A stretch of 64,000 nucleotides of DNA, taken from positions 138,384,001-138,448,000 of the forward strand of contig OX597816.1 of the NCBI GenBank assembly GCA_951406725.2. Reading direction: 5' to 3'. Of this stretch, positions 26,444-41,262 are shown piece by piece (the stretch's first letter is position 1; each line of letters starts with the position of its first letter). The stretch is from Octopus vulgaris. Lineage: Eukaryota. A program made the translations under genes and the position numbers. The notes beneath the pieces were generated by a model, which made no database searches, was not told the DNA's origin, and saw nothing but the letters and a program-made list of their open reading frames with translations.

Positions 26444-26896
26444 TAAGCTTACTACAATCACCTCTAACCCGACCACGACCACTACCGCCACCTCCACCAC
26501 CGTCTCCGCCGCCAGAACCGCCGCCTCAAATATAGCCCAAGTAAAGGAACCTCTACGGGGGCGTTCGTTTTGCTAGAAATAACGGCTAAAATTTCCTCAT
26601 CTAACTAAATTTCCTCAGCGGTGGTGCCCCAGCATAGCCGCGGCCTTCGGGCTAAAACATTTTAAAGGATTTAAGGATTTAACGTTGAACACTAGGAGGA
26701 AAGGACACACGGCAAGATATAGTCTTATATGCAGTATGTAATAAATAAAATATCAGCTGGTCATTCAGGTTTTGATCTTAAATTTGCTTAGTAAGGATAC
26801 ATTTTCACGACTATGACCCCCATTAAAACCACTGAGACTTCACCACCAGAGATACAGGAGACGCACTCTCTCATAACGTGCTCATAACCATACACG

Positions 26897-26930
<34 letters not shown>

Positions 26931-26994
26931 TGTATGTATGTATGTATGTATGTATGTATGTATGTATGCATGTATGTATGCATGTATGTATGTA

Positions 26995-28425
26995 TCTTCT
27001 ATTTCTTAATTATTATAAATCTTCTACTGAGGAGGGAGCCAGTTTCCAACAAAAATACAAGGCTCCATCTTTGGAATGTAGTTAACACTGACAAATTCAC
27101 ATTAGGAACCGGAGAAAAGTCTTGCATATTTTTACTGTTCCACGCACAGATTAGACTTGTAATGAACGAATCAGCCGATCAATTTCTCTTTCTGAAAATC
27201 CTAGTTTATCCAGATTTTCCTTTAAGCATTTACTAACAAAACCTAGTGCTCCAATTATTATTGGTAAGAATATGAATTTATAGTCTGGATATAGAAGCTG
27301 GAGGTTTTGAAGCAGTTGTCCATAGATAACCTCTTTTTCTTTGATTTTCAAAGAGTTATTTATATCTGCCGGGCAGATAACCTCTATGATGGTAGATACC
27401 TGTGCCACTTTTTCCTAACAACAATATACGGCCTGTTTCGCTTACATTTGACAAAGGTTTTGATGGGAATATTCCACCAGTATTCCTTGAGTTGGTGTTT
27501 ATGAATGTATTCCATAATAGAGGGATCTTCTAAGTTTATTTCAGGACAGTCTTTTTTGCGGATGGCATTGTAAATTGTTCTAGCAACAACATCGTGCCGC
27601 ATAGGGAGGTAGTATCGTGACGAAATTTTAGGACAGCTGCTAATCACATGCGGAATGTCTTCCACAGGAACATGACATAACGTATACTTGCGGTTGCATC
27701 TTGGGATTACAAGAGCATCACTGTCTCTCTTGTTCACCAGGTACTTTGTGGTAATCTCCTGTTCCTGGATTGCAAACGCATAACCTTCAAAGTATGATGA
27801 GATGTAGTGGTCTTGTGTCCAAAAAAGGCTGCGCTTCGTGTTAATTCTACTGTCTTCTTGAAGCTTCTGGGCAACATACGCATGCATGGTTTTTTTGTTC
27901 TTTTTTTTGTATGCTTTCCATCCAGCTCTTCTCTGAGGTAAAAGAACCCAGCTGTATAGGAGATCATCAGTAAGAGAGTGTTTCCTGAGTTCACTGCCAA
28001 CTTGTACAATGATGCTCACTTCACTTTTCAGGACTGCATTAATATATTTATTTTTGCTGCTGTTGTTTAGCAGGTGCTGTCTCAGTGATACCATAAGGCA
28101 TTCGAAGGCTGTCTGCACTGATCTCAGGCCTCTACAACCTCAGTGGAATCAACGGCCATCCAACATCTAGGAGTAACAGAGAGAGCTCCTGGTCTTTGTT
28201 TACACAGCTCTCTCGAAGTAGGAAATACCGAAATAACACTCACCTCATTGCAAAGATGAAGCTCTTCCTTGCTTTCGAATTACCTTGCTTGTTAGGTGAA
28301 AGTCTGAACGGTGTTGTGCGAACGTTGTTGACTTTAAATTTCAGCAAGAGTTACTGTTGACAGCCATTGACTTTAACTTCTAGAACAAGATAATTTGTCA
28401 GTGATGGTCATACCCGCCTACCAGT
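26995..28425 (-). mobile_element. 5'-truncated R4/Dong-like RLE retrotransposon flanked by (TATG)n
   Basis: GCRGLRSV, FAIQEQEITT, zinc-knuckle remnant CNRKYTLCHVPVEDIPHVISSC, MRHD, WWNIPI, NRPYIV, IIEVICPAD, KEKEVIY, PIIIGALG. Confidence 0.88.
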
Positions 28426-28574
28426 TGCAACTACCATATGCGTATGTATGTATGTATGTATGTATGTATGTATGTATGTATGTATGTATGTATGTATGTA
28501 TGTATGTATGTATGTATGTATGTATGTATGTATGTATGTATGTATGTACGTACGTATTTATGTACGTTTGTACG

Positions 28575-28812
28575 TTTCTCTTCTGTTTTTAATAATTTAA
28601 ATTCTTCCTTTGAAGAATGTATGTAACGAAAGCAATGTCACATTTTAAACTTGAGAAAAGTCTTGCATAATTTTACCGTTCTGATTACAGCTCGTATTTG
28701 TAATGTGCGAGACAATTAGTTGATTCCTTTTTCTGGAAATCCCAAACTTATCATTTACTTACAAAACCAAGTGCTTCAATTATTTTTGGTATAAATGTAA
28801 ATTTATGTCTTT
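28575..28812 (-). mobile_element. Diverged second 3' end of the same R4/Dong-like lineage, also between (TATG)n
   Basis: HKFTFIPKIIEALGFVSK; GAGAAAAGTCTTGCATA.TTTTAC shared with 27113-27136. Confidence 0.75.
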
Positions 28813-30811
28813 ATGTATGTATGTATGTATGTATGTATGTATGTATGTATGTATGTATGTATGTATGTTTGTATGTATGTCCAGTTTCAGCATACTTTGC
28901 GTCTTTACAATAACACTGACAAGGTATTGGTTAATAGGAATCTAAAAGTAGATTTACAACCTCGTAGAATCGATTCGAGAGTCATGTAGTTTGAAAGCAG
29001 ACATGTTGGAAACCGTTCTTGTAGAGTATTTTAGAGTATTTTACTACTATTGCAGCTTGTTACTTACTCTTTATCATCCCTAATTCAGAAGAACTAAGAT
29101 CAAAGATATTCCACCATTACCCATCCTGTCTTTTATTATTATTTTTTCTTCAGTAGCATATTATCCAGTGCTATTTATTTTCTTTAAAATGGCAGCCGTG
29201 ATTTAAAGGAGATGTTACCCATAATTTTAGCTAATCAAGTAACGTCATATAGGCTTTCTCGTTCTCGCCTGTGTTTGTGGAAATATTTTTGTAACATCAA
29301 CAGTTCCCCTGCGTTTATAGTAAACAGTTTTTTTATCAGTTTCAGCTTCATAAACTGCAATGATTATGGTCGATTCCTTCAGAGATGAGTTCAAGCTATT
29401 ATGAAAGTATTATGCAAAGCTATTATGAAAACTGATTTGTAACAAAAGTCGTATGTATATCATGACACTTAGAATTTGAACTTGAAAGCACCAAGTTTTC
29501 CTCTCTTGTCCAGGTTTTTTTCTCCATTAGACTAACAAATTGCATAGTTAGAAGAATCAATATAATGGATTTAAAAGAAAACTCTCCCGGTATGGCGATA
29601 ACAAGCAATCTAACGATAAATCAATTCCAAATACAAATACACAGTAAAAAAATCTTGAGTATAAACACTTATCTTTAGAATATCATGACGCAATGGTTGT
29701 GTGTTCGCGTGTGTGTGAGTATACATACATACATACACGCACATACACACGCACACATATGTATATAACGGCAAATCGAAGATTAAAAATAACAAATAAC
29801 AAAACAATAAAACTCAAAAGGACGTACACATGGTGTGTGTTAGATTGACTTTCAGTATAAGATGGAGAGAAGAGTGGATGTATAACGTTTCGAGCATTAA
29901 TTTTTTTTATTTGCTTCAATCATTTGACTGCGGCCATGCTGGAGCACCGCCTTTAGTCGAAGCCAGGACATATTTTTTGTAAGCCTAGTTCTTATTCTAT
30001 CGGTTTCTTCTGCCGAACCGCTAAGTTACGGGGACGTAAACACACCAACATCGGTTGACAAATACAGACACACAAACACACACACAAATATATATGTATG
30101 TATGTATATATATATATTTATACATATATATATATGTATATATATATACATATATATATATACACAGAAACACACACACACAAACACACACATACAAATG
30201 TATATACACATACATATAAATACATGCATATGTGTGTGCGTATGTGTGTGTGTGTGTATGTGTGTGTGTGTGTGTGTATGTGTGTGTGTATAACGATTGG
30301 TTAGAGAGAATCAAAGGCTGCCCGGGATGTTAGAACTCACATCTTCTGCATACATGACAGGCGTTCTACTATTTGAACAGAGCAATTCTTCGAACTTGGA
30401 TACTTTATTCTTACCAGCGCGAACTGTATATTGCTGACATCAAAAAACATTCGAAACTTCGAAAGAGCGTCAAATAGTTCGGTTTTCAAATTTTTCAGGT
30501 TGAACTTACAGTAAGTCGACTTCAACCATTAAAAACGATTTATTTCAAGTTTCTAAATTCTATATGTAGATACGTATGTAGTGATACATATACAGTTAGT
30601 AAGTTAGTAATTTAGTAAGCCATTCATTAGACTGCAGACATAATGGACGACGACTTTCAATAGTGGCAGTCAATTATATCGATTCCAGCTCTTAGTCTGA
30701 ATCCTTTTACGGAATTTCTAATGATTTACATCTTTCTAACAAATTACCACTATCTAGGGAGGAAAATATTACGATACTTTTACACCGGCGTACACAAAGA
30801 AATACACATAA

Positions 30812-31277
<466 letters not shown>

Positions 31278-31643
31278 GATGTATGGACCTATGTATTTTA
31301 TCCTTTACGACCACAGGATTTACTACGCCATGCTGGAGCACCGCATCGAAGAAGTTTTTAATCGAACAAAACGGCCACAGGATTTACTTTCGTTTTATAA
31401 GCCTGATGCTTATTCTACCGGTTTCTTTTGCCGAACCGCAATCATATAGGGACGCATACGCAGAAACACCGGTTGTCAAGCGGTGGTAAGGACAAACTCA
31501 GAGAGAAACACACACACACACACACACATATAATTACATACCATGGTCTCCTGGGTTTCTCTCTACCAAAATCCACTCACAAGGCTATGGTCAGCTAGAA
31601 GCTATAGTGGGACTGAACACGGAACTATGTGGTTGGGAAGCAC

Positions 31644-31864
31644 CTCTTTTACTCTTTTACTTGTTTCAGTCATTTGACTGTGGCCATGCTGGAGCACCGC
31701 CTTTAGTCGAGCAAATCGACCCCAGGACTTATTCGTTGTAAGCCTAGTACTTATTCTATCAGTGTCTTTTTGCCGAACCGCTAAGCTACGGGGACGTAAA
31801 CACACCAGCATCGGTTGTCAAACGATGTTGGGGGATAAACACAGACACACAAACATACACAAGC

Positions 31865-31939
<75 letters not shown>

Positions 31940-32118
31940 CACATACATATATACGACGGGCCTCTTTCAGTTTCCGTCTACCAAATGCACTCACAACACT
32001 TTGATTGGCTCGAGGCTATAGTAGAAGACACTTGGCCAAGGTGCCACACAGTGGGACTGAACCCAGAACCATGTTGTTGGTAAGGAAGCTACTTACCACA
32101 CAGTCACTCCTACACCTA
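31644..32118 (-). mobile_element. SINE family A, full length; an older copy lies at about 31300-31640
   Basis: Reverse complement of the 38394 consensus with an internal microsatellite. Confidence 0.9.
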
Positions 32119-32151
32119 TATATATATATATATATGCACACACACACACAT

Positions 32152-32211
<60 letters not shown>

Positions 32212-32548
32212 GCACGTTACCTTACCAGGTGTGCAAGCGCAATTGCAAGCGACAGTTGTGTACTTTATGCTGAGGTATAACATTCATGTATGCAAATTAC
32301 AGAAATAATAGAATAAAGAAAGCGGTACATGTGTATGTGTGTGTGTGTGCTTGTGTGTATGTGCTCGTGTGTATAAGTATGTGCGTATCTTTGTACGAAT
32401 ATGTGCTTACAATTTGTTACTGTTGACGAGAAGATGTCTATCTTGTTTCAGTAATCTGTATCTTTTGACACCAAACTGATTTGCAATTTAATGAGATTTT
32501 AATATACTAATCTGTTTTACTTGATCTTTTTCTTCCCTTTTTTCCTGC

Positions 32549-32667
<119 letters not shown>

Positions 32668-32670
32668 CTA

Positions 32671-32728
<58 letters not shown>

Positions 32729-32813
32729 CGCCACCTTAATTTAATTCGTCCCTAGTCGAAAGACACCTGTTGTTAATGTCCTACATACATATAGCGGCGT
32801 ACGTGTACTTTGT

Positions 32814-32863
<50 letters not shown>

Positions 32864-33299
32864 CGGGCGTTGTGACTGTTTATTGAGCGAAAACAGCTAA
32901 AGCTCCACCAGGGTTAGGCAGAAGATGGTGGCGATCTCTGCTGTACTCTTTCGCTACAACTTTCTCTCACTCTTTCTTCTGTTGGTCTGCTGGCTTAGCC
33001 AGCGGAATGGCGTCATTTGAAGGCTAAAACAATGCGAAGCGCATTATGACCAGCGATGTGTAGCAACACGTCAGTGTGATCGTCTTTGCAAATATAAGTT
33101 GCAGAACTATACATGAGACATCTGCATGAGATTGAACATGTATACAATTCTACCAATTACAAATAGGGTCACTTTTCAAAAGTCCTCGTTTTTGTGCGCC
33201 AAACTACCGGAAATATTTCTGCAGAAAATAATTCTCAGCTGTGAATTTTGCCGGTTAGAGAACATAGCTATTTAAATTTAAATTTTAAATAATTCTCGT

Positions 33300-34305
33300 T
33301 TGTTCATACATAAATACATTACTAAGAAAATACAAAACATTTTCACGGAAGTCTCCCTAAACACATTCTTAATATCACTAATCTAAAACCAAGCTAGTAC
33401 AACGAACACACAATCCAGACACCTCTCTATCACGCTTACACGACATGATAAGCCAATACTAGATAAACGTCCTTCCCCATCACGCAACTTTACTAAGTCC
33501 CAATTGCTGACCTTACAAAATTTAAGAAACAAAAACCTCATCTACCTACCTTCAGATAAAAGGAAAGAATTCTGCATTAGAGATAAACCCGCCCACAGCA
33601 AACTTGCTACCGAACATCTCAGTGACACCACACTATACGAAAAGTTTCACAACATCACACCTCACCAACCGGAGTCCACCATCAACACCAGGTGGACCAA
33701 CATCTGTCACCAAAGGAATCTCTCTAAGAAGGCCAGAGTGAACTACACATCTAAAAACACCACTATTTCTTCTACCGTTTAATAAAATCATTCCACCATT
33801 TAATAAAAACCCACAAACCCGGACCTAAGCTTAAAATCAGACCCATAGTATTAGGAATTTACGGTCCTTTCTATAAGATTTCTTAGCACCTCTCTAAACT
33901 CCTCAAACCCTTAATACACGCATTCCCCGGACACGTCAGTTGCACCCACGAAGTCTTCTCAAGACTCAACGATATCGATCCATCCATACATAAAACTAAT
34001 AAATACCCTTTTAGTTTAGACGTTGTTTCCCTTTACACCTCTGTACTCGCTCTCCCGACCGCTGATATCCTCATAGAACAGACCAGGTCCTTACCTCCAC
34101 CCCAACTCTCCTTGCCGCCACTCTCCCTCCTCATCTCTCCCTCTCTCCCATACAACCTCCTCCTCCCCATCTTCCCCTTCATCTTCTCTCACCTTCCCAT
34201 CCATCAACCTCCAGCTCTTGGGCCTCACACCTTCGGACATACGAGAGTTAGTAACCATTATAGTTGGTAACACCTATTTCCAATATAACGGTGTGATTTA
34301 CAGAG
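33300..34305 (+). mobile_element. Decayed Penelope-like element RT fragment
   Basis: IYLPSDKRKEF, HLSDTTLYEK, FHHLIKTHKPG..KIRPIV, FSLDVVSLYTSV, NTYFQYNGVIY; truncated at (GATA)n. Confidence 0.85.
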
Positions 34306-34307
34306 AC

Positions 34308-34340
<33 letters not shown>

Positions 34341-34341
34341 G

Positions 34342-34381
<40 letters not shown>

Positions 34382-34631
34382 CAGATATCCGCTCTCTTAG
34401 CCTATATCATCAACAATAGCCTGTTAGCTAAGAGCGTCATTAAGGAGACATCCATGTTTCTTTCACTACTACCCCACGACTGTCATTGGTGTATGCGTAA
34501 TACTAACTCCTGATACTCTGTCAAATATGTTCCATTTTACAATAACCTTCCCAGTTCGAATGCTGATTGCCTCTCTTTCATTGTCAGATTTATTATTATT
34601 ATTATTATTATCATTATTATTATTATTATCA

Positions 34632-34746
<115 letters not shown>

Positions 34747-34799
34747 CAATTATATTCGAAGTAGACAGTCACATGGTAGTGTTCATCTTTGTTTTGCGC

Positions 34800-34831
<32 letters not shown>

Positions 34832-35087
34832 AGGCACACAATTTCTTTTTGCGTCTCTGTTTCTCTGACTCTTCTCCTTTTCTTCCATATACCATCTATT
34901 CACGCTTTAATCCTCTCCAACATACTACTTCTCTTTAACTTACACACACACACGCGCGCATTTTGTGTGTGCACGCGCGCGTGTGTGAAGAGAGAGAAAG
35001 ACAGGGAGAGAAATAGATGCAGAGATACTTTGAGCAGTAGAATGTGCATACATGCATCGTGTATTCCATGAATGTACACATACATGG

Positions 35088-35192
<105 letters not shown>

Positions 35193-35861
35193 TATGCATG
35201 TATGTATTGCGTGTGGTCTTTGTTTGGCCATGTGTGTTTGTATGTTATGCATTTTATGTAGAAGTATGATTGCGTCAGGCCGCTCATACATTTGAAAGTA
35301 CATGCATGCGTGTGTTATTCATCACATAGCCTCCAGTCATTACAAATAACCCTAAGGCTGAAACATTCTCTTTTCTAGCCCTAATTGTTATAGATTCCAC
35401 TCCTTAACCGTTCTTCAGTTCCGTCTTGATCTCACTTAAACAATGACACTATACAGCTCCCTTTCTCTCCCGGTAGTCTAAAACACACCGCCCCACACTA
35501 TGAACATAAGCTACGCTATCATTTCTGCTATTGTGCTATTGCTTCTTGATACATTTTGAGCAATGTTACGGTGTTATCTGTTCTTGAATCCAATTGCAGT
35601 TAGAGCGCCCGGGAACATTTTCATACAGATGCCTTTGTGTATTTGTATGATATTGCTTTCAAATTTTGGCACAAAACCAGCAATTTCAGGGGAGGTGTAA
35701 ATCGAATACATCGCCCCCCCCCCCCGCCCCCTGTACTCAACTGGTATTTATTTCATCGAATCCAAAATAATGAAAGGCAAAGTCGACCTCGACGGAATTT
35801 GAAATCAGAATGTAAAGATGGTTGAAATGCCGTTATGCATCCTGCTCGACGTGCTAACGAA

Positions 35862-36194
35862 TCTTTAGTCGGGCAAATCGACCCGGGACTTATTCTTTGT
35901 AAGCCCAGTACTTATGCTATCGGTCTCTTTTGCCGAACCGCTAAGTGACGGGGACGTAAACACACCAGCATCGGTTGCCAAGCAATGCTAGGGGAGCAAA
36001 CACAGACACACATACATATATACATATATACGACAGGCTTCTTTCAGTTTCCGTCTACCAAATCCACTCACAAGACTTTGGTCGGCCCGGGGCTATAGCA
36101 GAAGACACTTGCCCAAGATGCCACGCAGTGGGACTGAACCCGGAACCATGTGGTTGGTTAGCAAGCTACTTACCACACAGCCACTCCTGTGCCT
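35862..36194 (-). mobile_element. SINE family A (young), abutting a SINE B remnant at 35655-35860
   Basis: Near-identical to the reverse complement of 38394-38710. Confidence 0.9.
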
Positions 36195-36429
36195 ATATAT
36201 ATATATATATATATAGATATTCTTTTTTCCTTTTACTTGTTTCAATCATTTGACTGGAGCACCGCCTTTAGTCGAACAAATCGACCCCACGACTTATTCT
36301 TTGTAAGCCTAGTTCTTATTCTATCGGTGTCTGTAGCCGAACCGCTAAGTTCCGGAGCCGTAAACACACCAACATCGTTTGTCAGGTGATGGTGGGGGGA
36401 CAAACACAGACACAAATACATATATATAT

Positions 36430-36575
<146 letters not shown>

Positions 36576-36740
36576 AATACAAATAAAAAATGGAGGAACA
36601 AATTCATTTCAATCATCAACTTATAGATATTACCATTTCATATTATTTATTAACTATATAAATAGGAACATCCAAATCGAACAAAACAATATACATCAAT
36701 ATGCACGATAATAATACCATAAGAATAATACACATAAAAT

Positions 36741-36873
36741 GGTCATTACAGCTGTTTCGGCCTATAGATAAAAGTATCTCATTCTGTCTATATTAGTCAG
36801 ATGTATTGAGGTAATATGCAGTTAAATATGAGTTACTTATATATATATACCCCAAGGCCTCGTCAGGGATTAC
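36741..36873 (-). ncRNA. Hammerhead motif with long stem II, stem I disrupted
   Basis: CUGACGA-GGCCU...AGGCC-GAAAC-AGCU-GUA, in an AT-rich element between (TA)n tracts. Confidence 0.55.
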
Positions 36874-36959
36874 AAAGTACAATTATAAAAATGTAAATAT
36901 AAATATGAAACAAAATACACATACAATAGTATATATATATATATATATATATATATACT

Positions 36960-36995
<36 letters not shown>

Positions 36996-37000
<5 letters not shown>

Positions 37001-37428
37001 ATAGACAGAGAACACAACTGGAAAATACAGAAACTAAAAGAGGCGGCACATATGCTAGGACATTGTAACCTCCTAAGCAGACCTAGTGCAGATATGAGTA
37101 ACCTATGGGAACCGGTATTAAGGAAGAAGAGGAAAATATTAGATTTATAAGCCATGAAATATACTCCATAATTGCCCAAGGGCATATGGCGTAGTGGTTA
37201 AGAGCGTGAGCTACTAACCCCAAGATTATGAGTTTTATTCCAGGCAGTAACCTGAATAATAATGATAATAATAACATCGGAAAATACCGTAGAAATTACC
37301 CCAGGGTACCTAATGAAGGCTGGTGAGTACATCAGCCGAAACATTTTAACAGCAAACAAGATGAGGACAAATATCCGTCAAATGTAAATAATGTACATAA
37401 TTCCTCATCTCTCAAATATAGAACTGTT
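36996..37428 (+). mobile_element. PLE 3' end: GIY-YIG C-terminus, tRNA-like segment and decayed HHR
   Basis: IIDREHNWKIQKLKEAAHMLGHCNLLSRPSADMSNLWEPVL*; GGCATATGGCGTAGTGGTTAAGAGCG (about 37181); CUAAUGA-A-GGCUGGUG(AGUA)CAUCAGCC-GAAAC (37310-37342). Confidence 0.7.
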
Positions 37429-37936
37429 TTATTTTTCTATTGACACACAGTGTGGAGGTATACAAACAGACACTCCAAAACTTGTGAGTTAGAGGATTGT
37501 AGGAAGGCACCCTCAAAATGGAAACCTGGCTAGAATGTTGCCCTGGCTCGAGTGAGCACTTCGCCAAAGACCCCCAATGTACAAATGTGGTATTAAAACG
37601 GATGATGGTTGAAGTCTACTACCCAAGGTCATTTCATAATCTAGAATATTCAGTCTTCCTACGATTAACTTTAGTTTCATTTTGAAGTGCTTAAGTGGCT
37701 GACACCTATATAGTCTAAACACCAATTTGACATTGCTTATATTAAAATGATCAGATGTGTAACATTTAATTCGTTTTCGTTTAATATTTATTAGTGTTGA
37801 AATCATCGACTGGAGGTGTGATGCCTTGCTAAGTTAGTGAAATTGGTAACAGTACCGCGTTTGCTTAGTGTTAATTGTCTGACGAACTATCTGTCGAGGT
37901 GGTATACATATATACACATGTGCATATAGTTAACTG

Positions 37937-38007
<71 letters not shown>

Positions 38008-38345
38008 CGTATTTATGTATGTATATAAACTCGTAAAGGCGCAAGGGCTCAAGAGTTAGAAAGGTGGGCTCAATCATTAAGTAATGACATCGATTCGGAC
38101 TAACCGTTGTGTTCTTGAGTAAACACTTTATTTCACGTTGCTCCAGTTCACTCAGCTGTAGAAATGAGTTGCATCGTCACTAGTACCAAGCTACATCACC
38201 CTTTGTCTTTCCCGTGGAGACATGAAGCTGGTATGCATGGGTGACTGCTCGTCTTCCATAAACAACCTTCCCCAGACTTGTGCCTCAGAGGGGCACTTTT
38301 TAATTGCAATCTCATGGTCATTCATGATCGAAGGGAGTCTTTACC

Positions 38346-38393
<48 letters not shown>

Positions 38394-38396
<3 letters not shown>

Positions 38397-38768
38397 CGCA
38401 GGAGTGGCTGTGTGGTAAGTAGCTTGCTTACCAACCACATGGTTCCGGGTTCAGTCCCACTGCGTGGCATCTTGGGCAAGTGTCTTCTGCTATAGCCCCG
38501 GGCCGACCAATGCCTTGTGAGGAGATTTGGTAAATGGAAACTGAAAGAAGCCTGTCGTATATATGTATATATATATATATGTATGTGTGTGTATATGTTT
38601 GTGTGTCTGTGCTTGTCCCCCTACCATTGCTTGACAACCGATGCTGGTGTGTTTATGTCCCCGTCACTTAGCGGTTCGGCAAAAAGAGACCGATAGAATA
38701 AGTACTGGGCTCGACTAAAGGCGGTGCTCCAGCATGGCCGCAGTCAAATGACTGAAACAAGTAGTAAA
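38394..38768 (+). mobile_element. tRNA-derived SINE family A, reference copy (about 19 copies or fragments in window, also near 21480, 29905, 36220, 38838, 39010, 39735, 40215, 42625, 56780)
   Basis: A box TGGCTGTGTGG, B box GGTTCAGTCCC, CORE-like CTTGGGCAAGTGTCTT, internal microsatellite, 3' GGTGCTCCAGCATGGCCGCAGTCAAATGACTGAAAC. Confidence 0.9.
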
Positions 38769-39273
38769 AAAATATATATATATAAAGAGAGAGAGAGAGA
38801 GAGAGAGATGGATGCCTATATATATGTATATACACACACAGGTGTTGCTGTGTGGTAAGAAGCTTACTTCCCAACCACATGGTTCCCAGGTTCAGTCCCA
38901 ATGTGTCGCAGGTTCAGCAAGTGTCTTCTATTGCAGCTTCGGGCCGTCCAAATCCTTGTGAGTGAATTTGATAGACAGAAACTGAAAGAAGCCCAACATA
39001 TATGCATGTATCTTTTATCTTTTCCTTCTTTCAGTCATTTCACAGATTTGACAGCGGCCATGCTGGAGGACCGACTTGAAAATTTCTAGTCAAACAAATC
39101 GTCTTTACGACTTATTTTTTTTTAAGTCTAGTACTTATTCTATCGATCTTTTTTGCCGAACTGCTACTTTACGGAAACATAAGCACATCAACACCGGTTG
39201 TCAAGTGGTGGTGTAAGACAGACACAGACACACACTTACACACATGCATATATATAAATATGTACATACATAT

Positions 39274-39328
<55 letters not shown>

Positions 39329-39637
39329 TGTATGTATGTATGTATGTATGTATGTATGTATGTATGTATGTATGTATGTATGTATGTATGCTAGCTTTCT
39401 TACAAAAAAATCTAATGCTCTTAGCTTAGGCTTTTTGGGAGGCAACCAGATCGAAATGTCTCAAGTGTAACTGCCCGAAACAGTAAAGACTTCTGGTAAC
39501 TTGACTGAGGAAAGAAGGCCACGAATGACCTGTCTTTTTTTTTTTGCCGGTCCTTCTAATTGTTGCTTCTCCTGTCCGCCTTTGTATCGTCTATCTGTCT
39601 GAATGTTTTATTGTCCTCCATTGCGTTTTTGTTCCAT

Positions 39638-39674
<37 letters not shown>

Positions 39675-39682
39675 TTGTGTGT

Positions 39683-39722
<40 letters not shown>

Positions 39723-40155
39723 ATATATATACTATAGGCTATAGCAGAAGACACTTGCCCAAGGTGCCACACAGTGGAACTGAATCCGGAAACCATATGG
39801 TTGGGAAGCAAGCTTCTCACCACACACACGCCAGCTTAATATAAATCGTCCGCATCGAAAGACATCTGTTGTTATGTCCTGTTATTTTTCCATCCTTGTT
39901 TTCGTATACATTCGCTGCTTTCTTCCAAGGAATCTGATGCTCTTAGCTTTGTTTTTGCTTGGGGCCGGCCAGATTGGAGCAAACTCGAGTATAACCAACC
40001 AGCTGAAATTGCAAAGATGATATGGAACTCGACTGAGCAAAGCAAACTTCGAATGACCCGTCCTTGTTTTCTTTGTATTGTCTATCTGGATGTTTTGTTG
40101 TTCCTTTTTTGTATCACCTAACTGTCTGGATGTTTTGCGTTCTTGTCCCATTTTG

Positions 40156-40194
<39 letters not shown>

Positions 40195-40713
40195 TATATA
40201 TGCACATATATACGCGAAGAGCTTTTAGTTTCCGTCTATGAAATCTACACACAAGGCTTTGCTAGTCCCAAGGCTATAGTAGAAGACACTTGCCTAAGGT
40301 ACCACACAGTGGGACTGAATCCGGGAACCATATGGTTGGGAAGCAAGCTTCTCACCACACAGGCACGCCTGTACTTACACACACACTGCACACACACAAA
40401 TATATATATATATGTGTGTATATATATATATTTATGAACACATATACACCCATACAGAAGTAATACATATGTGTATATCATCGTGAATTAAGAAAGTCTA
40501 CTGAGACAGGAATAGCCTGTATGGTTTATGTCCTTATTTGTTATCGCTCTTTACGCCAATGTTCAAGCACTAACAACAGGAAAAGAACGGCCGGCATCAC
40601 TATACAAACTCACACACACACACACACATTTATACAAATGTGTGTGTAATGATTTCAGTTGACACTAGTGAGTAGATTCATGATGTGTGAAGTTCATTGG
40701 TTTATCAAATATA

Positions 40714-41109
40714 TCTTTATATATAAAAGTAAGGTTGTGTGTCTGTCTCCTACGATTTAGATTCCTAACTACTCCCACATTTTGCGGTGCAGTTTAACCA
40801 AAACCGGGTATCTTATAGTTGTAATTCATATGGAGCCCTTCTGGGTATTAGCGCGCGTCTATGATTAGTCTACGATTTTAAAAATAATTTATCATCATTT
40901 TTTCCCATTTTAATGCATTTTTTTCGCTATTATATAAGGGAAGTAACTCTCTAAAAATGTCTACGATGAGTCAACGATTAAAAAAAAATTTACCATCATT
41001 TTTTTCCATTTTTAATGCATTTTTTTGCTATTTTTTGGCTATAACTCTCTAAAAATGCTTTATAGTTATTTCCCTTACAAACCCGAGCAACGCCGGACGA
41101 AACTGCTAG
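40714..41109 (+). mobile_element. Non-autonomous Helitron
   Basis: A|TCTTTATATATA 5' end; 3' CCCGAGCAACGCCGG hairpin then CTAG|T; internal tandem duplication. Confidence 0.85.
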
Positions 41110-41262
41110 TTAGTGAATAAAAGAAATCAGATGCCTGATACTGAAATATGATCCCGCACTTGCCACGTTAAGATGTGTGCATGTTTGCCAGCTACATTTG
41201 CTATTTCAATCTATGCGTGTGTACGTGAGTGTGTGTGTATTTGTGTGTCTGTTTGCAACTTT

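Noticed and set aside
34388-34445. Hairpin GCTCTCTTAGC...GCTAAGAGC with UUAAUGA on the minus strand, near the PLE RT
   Set aside because: Both HHR core boxes deviate, so it cannot be called a ribozyme.
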